A DNA stretch of 59,725 nucleotides, from positions 1-59,725 of the IMG/VR virus record IMGVR_UViG_3300012041_000004; one strand, written 5' to 3'. This DNA comes from a virus (Duplodnaviria; Caudoviricetes). Within the stretch, counting starts at the first letter, position 1; the number at the start of each line of letters is the position of its first letter. Both the position numbers and the translations under genes were made by a program. Below the pieces are notes generated by a model that had not been told where the DNA came from, searched no databases, and saw only the letters and a list, made by a program, of their open reading frames with translations. Below, piece after piece: positions 1 to 9,215 of this stretch.

Positions 1-123
1 ATCGGCCTCTGCTCTGTTCTCCGCGAGTAGTTCCTTCGCCTTCATGCAAGCAGGGCAGTCTTTGATCGATCCCGCATGGTTGGGTGGAATATGCTTCGGT
101 TTGGTCCGCCTCAACTGCTCCCG
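1..123. repeat. Direct terminal repeat, copy 1 (identical to 59603-59725)
   Basis: ATCGGCCTCTGCTCTG...TCAACTGCTCCCG occurs at both ends and cuts through a coding region, so it is most likely an assembly overlap of a circular or terminally redundant genome. Confidence 0.95.
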
Positions 124-196
124 TCTACAGGGCCAGGGTTCTCCATCGCTCAGACAGTAGAGCCTTCGATCCTTGTAGTACAGCCTAGGCTCATGT

Positions 197-886
197 TCAT
201 AGATAGTCAAGGAGCTGCTCTCCCAGCCACTTTGAGAACACCGGAGGGATGGCCTCCTTCAGATCTCTCGAGCTAGTGCGGTACTCAGCTGGCCATCCCA
301 TCAACTTCCGCCACAGCTCAGTGTGCCCCGCTCCCATCGGGTTGCCGGCAATGCTCATCCATCTAGGGTTGATGCCGTTCTTCTTGGCGTAGTTCAACTG
401 GATGGCTTTGCACATCGGATGCGGTGGCAGGTCGAACGGGCTCAGGTCCATGTTCGTCTCGAACAGGCGGTGACGGGCGATGTTGAGTTTGAACATGGTG
501 CCGCAGAGAAGGATGGGGTCCTGCATGAAGTCGTAGGCGCCGACTACGTTCTCGATCACGTAGGGCTTGTCAGCTTCTACGAGCATCTCATGAATGACTC
601 CAATCAGCTTGGGCTCATTCTTCCCCATGTGCCCCGGCCTCACACCCGGCCTGTGGACGGCAGTGCCGATCGAGTAACCTTGGCATGGAGGCGATGCATG
701 GATGACATCGAAGCGCTTGAGGTCCTTCTGTCTGATCCTAGTAGCATCCGCTACGATCTGGCCGAAAGGGTAGTTCGTCTGCCTTGTGATGTCGACACCC
801 GTCACGTCGAAGCCAGCCTGCGTGTACCCGATAGCTGCACCGCCTCCGCCGCAGAATAGATCCAGCAGCTTCGGTCTAGCCTTCAT
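197..886 (-). CDS. DNA (cytosine-5) methyltransferase, compact type
   Basis: Motif I LDLFCGGGG, catalytic motif IV ASPPCQ, motif VI IENV, motif VIII RHR, motif X EAIPP. Confidence 0.88.
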   Translation of the reverse strand: MKARPKLLDLFCGGGGAAIGYTQAGFDVTGVDITRQTNYPFGQIVADATRIRQKDLKRFDVIHASPPCQGYSIGTAVHRPGVRPGHMGKNEPKLIGVIHEMLVEADKPYVIENVVGAYDFMQDPILLCGTMFKLNIARHRLFETNMDLSPFDLPPHPMCKAIQLNYAKKNGINPRWMSIAGNPMGAGHTELWRKLMGWPAEYRTSSRDLKEAIPPVFSKWLGEQLLDYL

Positions 887-1139
887 GAAACTTCTTTCTC
901 TCCTCCTGGTCCTTCGCCCACAGCCGGTCGGCGAGATGACGGGCGATACTCGAATTGAGGAAAGTATCTATCGCCTCGTCTCTACCACAGGTGCAGCCAT
1001 AGGTTGGATCACTCTTGGGTTTCGCCTGGGTTATGATACCCTGGTAGTAGATCCCGCAATCGGTGTAGTGGAAATTCCAACCTCTGTTTCTATCATCGAG
1101 GACGACGAGTCGTTCTACCGCTCTTCGCAAGTCCATCAT
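876..1139 (-). CDS. Hypothetical protein
   Basis: ORF overlapping its neighbours in a tightly packed leftward operon. Confidence 0.55.
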   Translation of the reverse strand: MMDLRRAVERLVVLDDRNRGWNFHYTDCGIYYQGIITQAKPKSDPTYGCTCGRDEAIDTFLNSSIARHLADRLWAKDQEERKKFHEG

Positions 1140-1219
1140 TTCCAGCCCAGCCAGATAGCGATGATGACGACCGCGTAGACTGCGATGATTGCCGTCCAGA
1201 CCTTACCTCTGAAGCTCAT
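1136..1219 (-). CDS. Small membrane peptide (MSFRGKVWTAIIAVYAVVIIAIWLGWK)
   Basis: GGAGG RBS before ATG at 1219; one hydrophobic helix. Confidence 0.55.
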   Translation of the reverse strand: MSFRGKVWTAIIAVYAVVIIAIWLGWK

Positions 1220-1397
1220 TGCGCCTCCGTTGCTTTGCTTCCTGTCGTTGTCGCCTTGCCTTCGCTCGGGTACGACACGTTGTTGAACAGTACCGGGCGG
1301 TCGAGAACATGTGGCTGATGTCGGCCCAGCAACGGGCGCAGACCTTCTGCCCTGTGGCATAATCGATCTGTACTGCCGTTCGCGGGCCATACTTCAT
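1203..1397 (-). CDS. Small zinc-finger protein
   Basis: CARC...YCSTTCR motif with a basic tail; start overlaps upstream stop. Confidence 0.6.
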   Translation of the reverse strand: MKYGPRTAVQIDYATGQKVCARCWADISHMFSTARYCSTTCRTRAKARRQRQEAKQRRRNELQR

Positions 1398-1648
1398 TCG
1401 CTCAGTGCTCCTTCAGTACCATAGCTGGAGAACTCCTCTTCGAGTGCTGCGCGGACTTGCTCGCCACCGAGGATCAGGCCGGCGAGAAGATCAGGACTGG
1501 CCAGAGCCATCTTGACCATGAGCTCGCGTTCCTTCTTGATGGCCTCGCTGATCTTGAACACGGCAGCTAGGCATGGGCAGGTGCACATTCCCATGTCGTG
1601 GATGGACTTGTGGAATGAGATCTTCTGGATCTCTGCCTCGTCAAGCAT
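1394..1648 (-). CDS. Hypothetical protein
   Basis: Operon packing. Confidence 0.55.
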   Translation of the reverse strand: MLDEAEIQKISFHKSIHDMGMCTCPCLAAVFKISEAIKKERELMVKMALASPDLLAGLILGGEQVRAALEEEFSSYGTEGALSE

Positions 1649-2027
1649 TGGTCATGAGCTTGAGGTACCGGTCCTCCAGCTTGAGGAAGAGCGGAGTGTT
1701 GCGAACGTAGGAGAAGGGCTCCGCCACCGAAATCCCCAGGTGGTTGTTCCCTCGCAGCTCCATCTCCAAGTGAACTACCAGTGCCAGTTCGGGGGACCGC
1801 TTGATTAGATGGACCATGGTGGAGAACAGGTAGTCCACATCCATGTCCTTGATCTTGACTTCCTCAAGCTGGGCGTTGACCCAGAACTTGTCCTGAGAAA
1901 GGAACATGTGGACTTTCTTCGGGTTGTCCAGGTTCAGCGGGTGGACCCGCAGATGGCGGCCCCTCCAAACTGCCTTCGGCAACGGGTCGTAACCCGGGAG
2001 CTCGTCATCGAAGCCAACGTCACTCAT
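1641..2027 (-). CDS. Hypothetical protein
   Basis: AAGGAG RBS before GTG; operon packing. Confidence 0.6.
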   Translation of the reverse strand: MSDVGFDDELPGYDPLPKAVWRGRHLRVHPLNLDNPKKVHMFLSQDKFWVNAQLEEVKIKDMDVDYLFSTMVHLIKRSPELALVVHLEMELRGNNHLGISVAEPFSYVRNTPLFLKLEDRYLKLMTNA

Positions 2028-2713
2028 TCTGTCTCCTTAGTTCCGATCGGGGGGAACTTGCCCACCAGATAGCGTTCAATCCTGATGCGTAGATGGTTCG
2101 ACCATTCCTCCTCGTGCATGAACTGCTTCCCACATGAGCAGTCGATATTCAAGCCCTTCGCTGTGGGAACGTGGGACCAGATGGTTTGTTTGATACCGTT
2201 GCGTTCGGCCTTGAGCAGATCAGGAAGGGGCTCCGCCACAAGCGCCTGCAGAATCTGCGTCGGCTCCGGCGGATTGACATGCTCCTCATACTTCTCGAGC
2301 GAATAGAAGTCTTCGCCGCAGGCGCAGTGCCAGATCTGCTGGCCACCGATGAAGCGGTAACTCAGTTGATGGAAGACGCCGACGGGAACATCCTGGTCTG
2401 CGGCTACTAGCATGGCGATGTTCTTCTCGTTCGGCGAGCCGACCTTCGTCGCCATCTGCCAGAGGTTCATCATGCGAGTCATGAGTTCCCACAGGTGGGC
2501 GGGACGGGGTTGCTCCCGATACAAGAACTGGTATGCCAGGTCGCCGATCACCAGGGTGACGGCTTCTGGTTTGTTCTTGAGCATGGACATGTTCTTCAGT
2601 TTATGCTGAAGCGCATCCACGCTTGGTCGCATCTTCGGATCGGGGTTGAGCTCACTCATCTTGTAGTGCGGATCTGCCCTCCAGTTGTAACTAGCGATGT
2701 GTTTCCGGGGCAT
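2024..2713 (-). CDS. Hypothetical protein with two CxCG...H zinc-knuckle-like motifs
   Basis: WHCACGEDF...EEH and DCSCGKQF...SNH. Confidence 0.6.
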   Translation of the reverse strand: MPRKHIASYNWRADPHYKMSELNPDPKMRPSVDALQHKLKNMSMLKNKPEAVTLVIGDLAYQFLYREQPRPAHLWELMTRMMNLWQMATKVGSPNEKNIAMLVAADQDVPVGVFHQLSYRFIGGQQIWHCACGEDFYSLEKYEEHVNPPEPTQILQALVAEPLPDLLKAERNGIKQTIWSHVPTAKGLNIDCSCGKQFMHEEEWSNHLRIRIERYLVGKFPPIGTKETE

Positions 2714-2906
2714 CGTCTCGTGGCCTGTTGATCCATTCGCTGGTCTTGTACTTGAATGGTTTCTTGCCGACGAACTCGGTCAGGAACTCCCCCACAGCCG
2801 CGCGTGCCTTCCCGTCATCATCCATCGCGTCGAGGACATCCCAGTACTGGGACTCCTTGCCAGTTTCGAAGTCGATGACGACAACGGAGATGCCAATTCT
2901 AGTCAT
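2691..2906 (-). CDS. Hypothetical protein
   Basis: Probable start MTRIGISV at 2906, overlapping the upstream stop. Confidence 0.5.
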   Translation of the reverse strand: MTRIGISVVVIDFETGKESQYWDVLDAMDDDGKARAAVGEFLTEFVGKKPFKYKTSEWINRPRDDAPETHR

Positions 2907-3114
2907 CTTCGAGGCTCTTCTGAAGTCGACGGACTGCCCGCTGTGCTCTAGATGCCCGGTCAACTGCCTCTTCGGCGAGTTCCCTGGCGTTGTCATCGCC
3001 ATCACCGATGGCTTGGAATGCGTCGGAGATGAGCGCGTCCTGCTTCTTGAGCTTCTTGATAACCGCTGTGCGGAACTTCAGGAAGTCCTCTTGAGTGACG
3101 AACTCTCCTTCCAT
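2899..3114 (-). CDS. Hypothetical helical protein
   Basis: TAATG stop/start coupling at 3114. Confidence 0.55.
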   Translation of the reverse strand: MEGEFVTQEDFLKFRTAVIKKLKKQDALISDAFQAIGDGDDNARELAEEAVDRASRAQRAVRRLQKSLEDD

Positions 3115-3401
3115 TAGGGCTTCCTGATCACCTGGTATCCGAGGGTGTCCAGATGGTCGAGAACCGCCCCCGCCCACATCAGGTCCATGTTGGTGGGCTC
3201 GAACGGGGGATCCTCCAGCTCCAACTTGGAGAGGACCAACGCGATCACGGCATCGTCCTCATAGCCCAATGAGGCGATGAGTCCATCCTCCATGGTTTTG
3301 TCGGTGGATTCGCGGGATTCAACGATGAGGTCCCGGATTGATTCTTGGCGATCACTCAACTCTGAGATCACTCTTACCTCCCTGTGGACGGAATCTGTCA
3401 T
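3114..3401 (-). CDS. Hypothetical protein
   Basis: AAGGA RBS and ATG at 3401, just downstream of a consensus promoter. Confidence 0.6.
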   Translation of the reverse strand: MTDSVHREVRVISELSDRQESIRDLIVESRESTDKTMEDGLIASLGYEDDAVIALVLSKLELEDPPFEPTNMDLMWAGAVLDHLDTLGYQVIRKP

Positions 3402-3420
3402 TGTCCCGTCTGTCCTTTCT

Positions 3421-3449
3421 ATTATAATATAACCTGAACCCCGTGTCAA
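3421..3449 (-). promoter_or_regulatory. Sigma70-type promoter
   Basis: TTGACA-17 bp-TATAAT perfect consensus on the minus strand. Confidence 0.85.
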
Positions 3450-3452
3450 CAT

Positions 3453-5384
3453 TCAATCCGGAGGCGACTGATCCGGCATCCAGTACTTGGTGGGCTTCCC
3501 TCGTCCTCCTCCTGTACGAACCATAAGCAGCTTTGCGCGAACGAGTTTGCCGGCGAGTGTCGAGATGTCTGGCCTCGACCTCCCTGTGGCTGCCACGATC
3601 TCTGGTGTTGACATCGGTCCCGTCGAGGAAATGATGTCGAGGATCTCCTGTTCCCTGGGACCTACTGATGCGGTATCCTCGAACTCGACGGAGTAGGTGT
3701 AGTTCTTCACCGTGTCGATATTGAACTTGAGACGCAACCCCTTGCCAGATGGGGCAGCCTTGAACTCCCTCTCCACCACCACTGACGTGATCTGCTTCTC
3801 GTCCGTATCATCTTCGGGGATGACAGGCATCACATGCAGTGCGGACTCCAGCCATGCATGGAAGGCGAACGAGCCATACATGTGTTCGGCGAACCGTTCC
3901 CCGTTCTCCTGCTTCCCCTTGTTCCAGTGGTGGACGATCACGACGGCGCACCCGAACTCTTCTCGCCACATCTTGATGGTCTGAAGTACCGCCGAAACCT
4001 CGACTCCCTTGTATTCGTCCACGCCCTGTGGGAGCAGAACAATTAGTGGATCGAGGATGACGAGGACCGGGTTGATCTCAGCGATGAGTTTCCTGATCTG
4101 AGCAACTTTCTCGACGCTGCCCAAGTTGAAGCCCTGCAAGTTGATGATGTGCAGAGGCCAGTCAGGATACTCGATCGCGATGTAGTCGGATCGTGCCTCC
4201 TTTAGAATGGGAAGCATTCCCTTTGACTTGGCGATGAGGCGGAGTCTTTCCTGAAGAACAGGAGTGGGATCCTCTTCTTGGACGAGCAGTACAGGACCAG
4301 TTCGTTGGACCCCGTATCTTCCCAGAAATGGTTCGCCTGACACAATACTGAGTGCCAAATCAAGAGCGATCCAAGTTTTGTAAGACTTGCTTCGGCCGGA
4401 AATGAACCCGACGGAACCGTCAACCCAGGCATCGTCTACCAACCACCTCAGGTGTGTGGGTTGCTGCATGAAGCTTGCCCACTCGTGGACCCGCATCGCG
4501 GTGACTTCCTCGAGTTTGGGCGTTGCCTTCGCGGCCTTCTTGCGTGCGACTGCTTCGACCGCGGACGTAACCTGCTTCAGCAGTTGTTCCCGCTCGTCGT
4601 TCCTCCCTGAGAACTTGTTCCAGGTGGATCGCTGCAATAGGTGCAGAACAATCTCGGGGCTTACGCCGAAGCGAACCAGGTCCCTCGCGAGTTTCTGTAG
4701 CTCGAGAGATCGATCAGCTCCTACTGTTGAAGCCATGAGGCGCTTCTTGTACCCCACAGGGAGTGCTGCAAGCGCGGTCTGGATGGTGGCTTCGGGAACC
4801 TCTGGCCAGTCCAGAGTTGCGTGAACCCCATTCCCCTCTACTGCGGGGTACGCCCCCCGGATCTCCTCCGGTGCGTAAGAGTTAGCTTTCGCCCAAAGAA
4901 CTCTACCTTCGGGGGCGGACTCATACTTGAAGTTTCTTGTACCAGGGATTCTGAGTACTTGTGTGAGGTCCCATCCACCCTTATCCCCACCATCCGCGTA
5001 AGCAATTCGCTTTGATAGGGAAGCAGCTTCATTGGGATCGATCTCTTCGGTAAGAAACCACAGTGCCTGGTAGCGTCCCGGAGAACTCTCCCAGGCAACT
5101 GATGGCTTCAGCCGACATGTGTCGGGGTGAATTGGATCGAGGTCGGCCCATAGGAGATTAGTCGGCTGGGCGAACTCCTTCTTCCTTTGTGGTTGTGAGA
5201 AGACTACTGGGCAGAAGTATTGGTCTGCTCGAGAGGGGAGCTCCGGAAGTTTCGGAAGAGCTCCGGTGTAAGGGATCCCCTTGGTTTCATGCCATGAGTC
5301 CGGCTGTTCCTTGTATGGAAGGAAGACGTACCCCTGACGGTTTCCCCATACCGCTGTGAGCAGACGCTCGATGCGTCCCTCCAC
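3453..5384 (-). CDS. Primase-helicase (RepB-type primase + AAA_25/RecA-like helicase + C-terminal wHTH)
   Basis: LWADLD, ESSPGRYQALW and LRIPGTRNFKY primase motifs; Walker A GRSKSYKT, Walker B ILDP, HHWNK. Confidence 0.85.
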   Translation of the reverse strand: MEGRIERLLTAVWGNRQGYVFLPYKEQPDSWHETKGIPYTGALPKLPELPSRADQYFCPVVFSQPQRKKEFAQPTNLLWADLDPIHPDTCRLKPSVAWESSPGRYQALWFLTEEIDPNEAASLSKRIAYADGGDKGGWDLTQVLRIPGTRNFKYESAPEGRVLWAKANSYAPEEIRGAYPAVEGNGVHATLDWPEVPEATIQTALAALPVGYKKRLMASTVGADRSLELQKLARDLVRFGVSPEIVLHLLQRSTWNKFSGRNDEREQLLKQVTSAVEAVARKKAAKATPKLEEVTAMRVHEWASFMQQPTHLRWLVDDAWVDGSVGFISGRSKSYKTWIALDLALSIVSGEPFLGRYGVQRTGPVLLVQEEDPTPVLQERLRLIAKSKGMLPILKEARSDYIAIEYPDWPLHIINLQGFNLGSVEKVAQIRKLIAEINPVLVILDPLIVLLPQGVDEYKGVEVSAVLQTIKMWREEFGCAVVIVHHWNKGKQENGERFAEHMYGSFAFHAWLESALHVMPVIPEDDTDEKQITSVVVEREFKAAPSGKGLRLKFNIDTVKNYTYSVEFEDTASVGPREQEILDIISSTGPMSTPEIVAATGRSRPDISTLAGKLVRAKLLMVRTGGGRGKPTKYWMPDQSPPD

Positions 5385-5393
5385 AACTGACAG

Positions 5394-5600
5394 CTAGTCA
5401 GTTGCAGCGGTGGTCTGCCGAGCGAGATGACGCTTGAACCAATCGGACTCCTTCGCCGCGTTGACGGCCTCCTCTTCGATAACCCAGTTCCAACCGAGCT
5501 TCTTGGCCTCGATGTCACCGCGGCGGATGCGCCGGATGATTTCCAGGTGCGGAAGGCCAAGAGCATCCCCCACCTGACGTGCCGTGAACAACTTTGCCAT
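5394..5600 (-). CDS. Excisionase/MerR-like helix-turn-helix DNA-binding protein
   Basis: FTARQVGDALGL...RRIRRGDIEAKKLGWNWVI (HTH_17-like); GAAGGAG RBS; alternative start at 5657. Confidence 0.8.
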   Translation of the reverse strand: MAKLFTARQVGDALGLPHLEIIRRIRRGDIEAKKLGWNWVIEEEAVNAAKESDWFKRHLARQTTAATD

Positions 5601-5663
5601 CCCTGTCTGTTCTCCTTCACGTGTATACGCGTCTAGACTGGCCCGCGCGAGGACCATGCGATT

Positions 5664-5692
5664 ATTATATTATCTCAGGCTCCCCTTGTCAA
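5664..5692 (-). promoter_or_regulatory. Sigma70-type promoter, leftward member of a divergent pair
   Basis: TTGACA-17 bp-TATAAT. Confidence 0.85.
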
Positions 5693-5729
5693 TGGACCGG
5701 ATTTCAAAGATTTCATGGAAACCAGTCCC

Positions 5730-5758
5730 TTGACAGGTGATCTGGGTTGTTATATTAT
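5730..5758 (+). promoter_or_regulatory. Sigma70-type promoter, rightward member of a divergent pair
   Basis: TTGACA-17 bp-TATTAT. Confidence 0.75.
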
Positions 5759-5765
5759 GATACCG

Positions 5766-5818
5766 TGGACGCGGGGACGGAACACTTCTCCCCCCAAGGA
5801 TACCGTCCCCGCTTCCAC
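5766..5818 (+). promoter_or_regulatory. Strong 5' leader hairpin
   Basis: GTGGACGCGGGGACGG ... CCGTCCCCGCTTCCAC inverted repeat beginning near the predicted transcription start. Confidence 0.65.
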
Positions 5819-5841
5819 ATCTTGATCAACAGGAGGCGCAC

Positions 5842-6270
5842 ATGCCGAACAGTTGGAGAGTGATCTGGTTCGAGAATAACCAGAAGTTCAAGAAGTCGGG
5901 ATTCGCTGGCGATTCTCCCAAAGCCTCTGGCGCAATCGACTACGCTAAGTCGGTAGCCGCTAGGGGCATTCTGGTATCCAACATCCATGTTGTCTCGATG
6001 CGGAAGACCTTCGCACCGACACAGAAGATGTTGAAGGAGCAACCGCCTGGAACGTTCTGGTGCCCTTGGTGCATCAAGTGGAGAGAGTTCACCACCTTCG
6101 CAGTGGTCAGGAATGGCGAAGAGGGTATCGAGCTACTCCGCTGTCCCATCTGCACTATCTCAACTAACGACTTCTTCATCAAGAAGTACAACCCCATCCT
6201 CGTTGCCCGAGCACAGGCACGAGTGCCTCGACTGCCGTCGGTGAAGACCTTGAAGAGGCGGCGCCGATGA
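5842..6270 (+). CDS. Zinc-ribbon protein, basic
   Basis: AGGAGG RBS; CPWC...CPIC. Confidence 0.7.
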   Translation: MPNSWRVIWFENNQKFKKSGFAGDSPKASGAIDYAKSVAARGILVSNIHVVSMRKTFAPTQKMLKEQPPGTFWCPWCIKWREFTTFAVVRNGEEGIELLRCPICTISTNDFFIKKYNPILVARAQARVPRLPSVKTLKRRRR

Positions 6271-6355
6271 AGGGTATCTGCCGTTGGTGTCATCACCATC
6301 GCAATCAGCATAATGGAGTATCCCACAGCAAGCGACTGCTGCATCTCAACATCAG

Positions 6356-6643
6356 GTGGCTGAAGTCTGCCTGCTCTGTGGCGGACTGCATGTGCAGAAA
6401 GTTCGAGGCTTGATGGAACCGGATACTATGATCTTGTATGCAGATTGTCACCACACACGGCGTCAGAAGTTGCATGATTGGCTGCGGTTCCGACGGCATC
6501 CCGGTAGTCACCTCATTTCCTATAGTAAGCTCTATCGAGCAGGGGTAGGAGCTCTAACCAGTAATCCCCTTGATCTAGACCAAGATACAATCAAGGTTGC
6601 TCTAACAGCGGATGGCACTTTCACTATCGAGGAGGCAGATTAG
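6356..6643 (+). CDS. Hypothetical protein
   Basis: ORF in the rightward operon with CxxC; start uncertain. Confidence 0.5.
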   Translation: MAEVCLLCGGLHVQKVRGLMEPDTMILYADCHHTRRQKLHDWLRFRRHPGSHLISYSKLYRAGVGALTSNPLDLDQDTIKVALTADGTFTIEEAD

Positions 6644-6838
6644 GTGGCAAGAGAGATCAGGCTCTGCGTTTTCTGCGAGCAGCCGGTGATCGCTATCCCG
6701 GACGCGACGAAAGAATGGACTACGAAGAAGGGGGATCCGGCCCAGTTCAAGCACGAGAAAACTTCGCAGAACAGCATCCCCTACTGTGGCCGCCAGTTCC
6801 TAGCCGAGCATGATACCTTCACCGAAACCGATAAGTGA
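6644..6838 (+). CDS. Small Cys/His protein
   Basis: GAGGAGG RBS; CVFC...H...C. Confidence 0.6.
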   Translation: MAREIRLCVFCEQPVIAIPDATKEWTTKKGDPAQFKHEKTSQNSIPYCGRQFLAEHDTFTETDK

Positions 6839-8262
6839 AGCTCAAGTACACCTACAAGACAGAACCCTTCTCGCATCAGAAGCGGGCCCTCAAGAAGATC
6901 GTAGATCTCAATGGGCAAGCCGGGCTTCTGATGGAGATGGGCACAGGAAAGACGAAGGTGGCGATTGACTGGGCTGGAATTGGATTCTATAATCTTGAGG
7001 TACGGCGAGTACTTGTCGTCGCGCCTCTCTCCGTGCTCGGTGTGTGGCCTCGCCAGATTCGTCAACATTCAGGTGCACCAGCGAGGGTCTTCCGTCTCGT
7101 CGGTCCAACTCAGGATCGCGTACATCTGCTCAAGCGGATCATCGCGTCACCCAAAGACGATGTACTCACGTACTGCATCATCAATTATGAGGGGATCTGG
7201 AGGGAGCTTGATAGGGGTCCCGGAATCAAAGAGCTTCTCATTCATTGGCAACCCGACCTCGTCATCTGGGACGAATGCCATCGACTCAAAAGCCCTACTT
7301 CGAAGCAGTCGCGAGCAGCTTTCGCAATCTCCCAATCGGCCCGTTACCGGCTCGGATTGACCGGGACACACATCACTAAGTCTCCACTGGATGTCTTCGG
7401 TCAATTCCGTGCTATCAACGATAAGGTGTTCGGCACCAACTGGTACCAGTTCAAGAACACCTATGGCGTATGGGGTGGGTTCGGTAGGTTCCAGCTCAGG
7501 GGCTATCGCCACCTTGAAACGCTCATTCGAAAGCTGCGCGGCAACAGCTACCGGGTGAAGAAGGAGCAGTGCCTCGACCTGCCGGATAAACTGTTCGAAA
7601 CCGTCCCGGTGACTCTCTCACAGAAAGCCATCGACCTATACCGTGAGATGGCGAAGGAGATGATCATCGAGATCGAGGAGAGCCACGCTACGGCCTCCAT
7701 CGTTCTCGTCAAGTTGCTCCGTCTCTCGCAGATTACCAGCGGTTTCGTCAAGGATGTCGAGGGAAACATCAAGGTATTCGACAACTCGAAGCTGAATACG
7801 ACCATGGATCTACTCGACGACCTGCTGGCCGAGGATCACAAGGTCGTCATCTTCGTCAGGTTCGTGAATGACATTCTCCGCATCAAAGAGGAACTGCTGA
7901 AGCGAAAAGTTCGTCATGCAATACTGTCTGGAAGTGTCCCCGGCAACAAGCGTGACGGTTTAGTCCAGCAGTTTCAGACGAACCCGGAGATCAAGGTCTT
8001 CATTGCCCAGACCCAATCGGGATCCCTGGGTATTGATCTAACCGCTGCGGACGTGGCGATCTTCTACTCGCTGGACTACAACGCGGCGAACTACTGGCAA
8101 GCCCAGGACCGGATCCATCGCATCGGGCAGACGAAGAAGGTCACGTACTATCACATGACCGTGCCGCGATCCATTGACGCAATCATCTTGCAGACGCTAA
8201 AAGAGAAGGGGGATCTAGCGCAAACCATCATCCATACCCCACGAAGACTCTTGGATCTCTAG
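6835..8262 (+). CDS. SNF2-family DEAD/DEAH helicase
   Basis: MEMGTGKT, DECH, LTGT, QAQDRIHRIGQ. Confidence 0.93.
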   Translation: MKLKYTYKTEPFSHQKRALKKIVDLNGQAGLLMEMGTGKTKVAIDWAGIGFYNLEVRRVLVVAPLSVLGVWPRQIRQHSGAPARVFRLVGPTQDRVHLLKRIIASPKDDVLTYCIINYEGIWRELDRGPGIKELLIHWQPDLVIWDECHRLKSPTSKQSRAAFAISQSARYRLGLTGTHITKSPLDVFGQFRAINDKVFGTNWYQFKNTYGVWGGFGRFQLRGYRHLETLIRKLRGNSYRVKKEQCLDLPDKLFETVPVTLSQKAIDLYREMAKEMIIEIEESHATASIVLVKLLRLSQITSGFVKDVEGNIKVFDNSKLNTTMDLLDDLLAEDHKVVIFVRFVNDILRIKEELLKRKVRHAILSGSVPGNKRDGLVQQFQTNPEIKVFIAQTQSGSLGIDLTAADVAIFYSLDYNAANYWQAQDRIHRIGQTKKVTYYHMTVPRSIDAIILQTLKEKGDLAQTIIHTPRRLLDL

Positions 8263-8265
8263 GCA

Positions 8266-8295
8266 TTGACAAGTTTCAGGGAGGTGTCTTATAAT
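8266..8295 (+). promoter_or_regulatory. Sigma70-type promoter for the nucleotide metabolism cluster
   Basis: TTGACA-18 bp-TATAAT. Confidence 0.75.
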
Positions 8296-8296
8296 A

Positions 8297-8824
8297 ATGA
8301 GTATGGACCGACAGCCCCACCGGATCGTCGTCGAAGGGATGGACGGAGCCGGGAAGACAACGCTGATCGAGCAACTATCAAACGACTTTCCCCAGTTCCA
8401 GGTGATCACCAGGCCACAGGGGCGGTCGTTCAACGACTGGTGGCCGGAGGAACTGGATCGCCTCGCCGGGGAACCAATCCCTATCTACGATCGGTTCTTC
8501 TACTCGGAGCTGGTCTACGGACCCATCCTTCGACACAAGATCGACGCCGATACGGTTATTCTGAACGAGGTCGCCTGGTTCCTCCGCTCCACTGCTCTCC
8601 TGATCTACTGCCGACCACACAGTGATACCATCCGCAAGATGGTTCTTCACCGGCCGCAGATGGATGGGGTCATCGAGAACTTCGACAAGCTACTGGATGG
8701 TTACGATGCCGTGATGGCAGCGGAGAGCCCGCGATATGGGAACCGCTTCCACCAGTACGACTGGCATGGGCGTGATGCCTACGATGAGATCCGCTGGCGG
8801 GTGAAGGACTATCTTGATAAATGA
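8297..8824 (+). CDS. Deoxynucleoside monophosphate (thymidylate-type) kinase
   Basis: VEGMDGAGKTT P-loop and YDRFFYSELVYG motif; true start may be ATG 8303. Confidence 0.85.
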   Translation: MSMDRQPHRIVVEGMDGAGKTTLIEQLSNDFPQFQVITRPQGRSFNDWWPEELDRLAGEPIPIYDRFFYSELVYGPILRHKIDADTVILNEVAWFLRSTALLIYCRPHSDTIRKMVLHRPQMDGVIENFDKLLDGYDAVMAAESPRYGNRFHQYDWHGRDAYDEIRWRVKDYLDK

Positions 8825-9215
8825 TCAAAGGCTAGTGAAGGTGCTGGATGCAACCGAAGAGAAGTGTAGTTTCTACACGAACGCTTACGGGCATAAGCTT
8901 ACTCGCTTGCCTGGTAGTCGTCGCCTCGTTCCAGTTCATCGGTTGGTCGTCGAACTCGCCATCGGACGACAGCTCCAACCCTATGAGATCATTCATCACC
9001 GCGATGGCAACAAGCAGTACAACCACTTCTCCAACCTTGAAATGGTCACCGATCCCCAGCACAAGGTCCGTCATGGTGGTGGACGAACTACCACCATCTG
9101 CCCAGCCTGCAGAGCCTCCTTCTCCCACCCCAAAGCTAAGCAGCGAACGTTCTGTTCTAACTCCTGCCGTGCCCAAGCCTACGCCGAAGGCTATCAAAGG
9201 GAGATGGCATCGTGA
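8814..9215 (+). CDS. HNH endonuclease with C-terminal zinc finger
   Basis: HRLVVE..IGR.L...EIIHHRDGNKQYNHFSNLEM...H; CPAC...FCSNSC. Confidence 0.8.
   Translation: MINDQRLVKVLDATEEKCSFYTNAYGHKLTRLPGSRRLVPVHRLVVELAIGRQLQPYEIIHHRDGNKQYNHFSNLEMVTDPQHKVRHGGGRTTTICPACRASFSHPKAKQRTFCSNSCRAQAYAEGYQREMAS

Noticed and set aside
1-123. Biological direct terminal repeat
   Set aside because: It falls inside a coding region far from the terminase region and has the size of an assembler overlap
5394-5600. Excisionase implying a temperate lifestyle
   Set aside because: No integrase, att-like site or repressor found; this HTH class is also a common regulator
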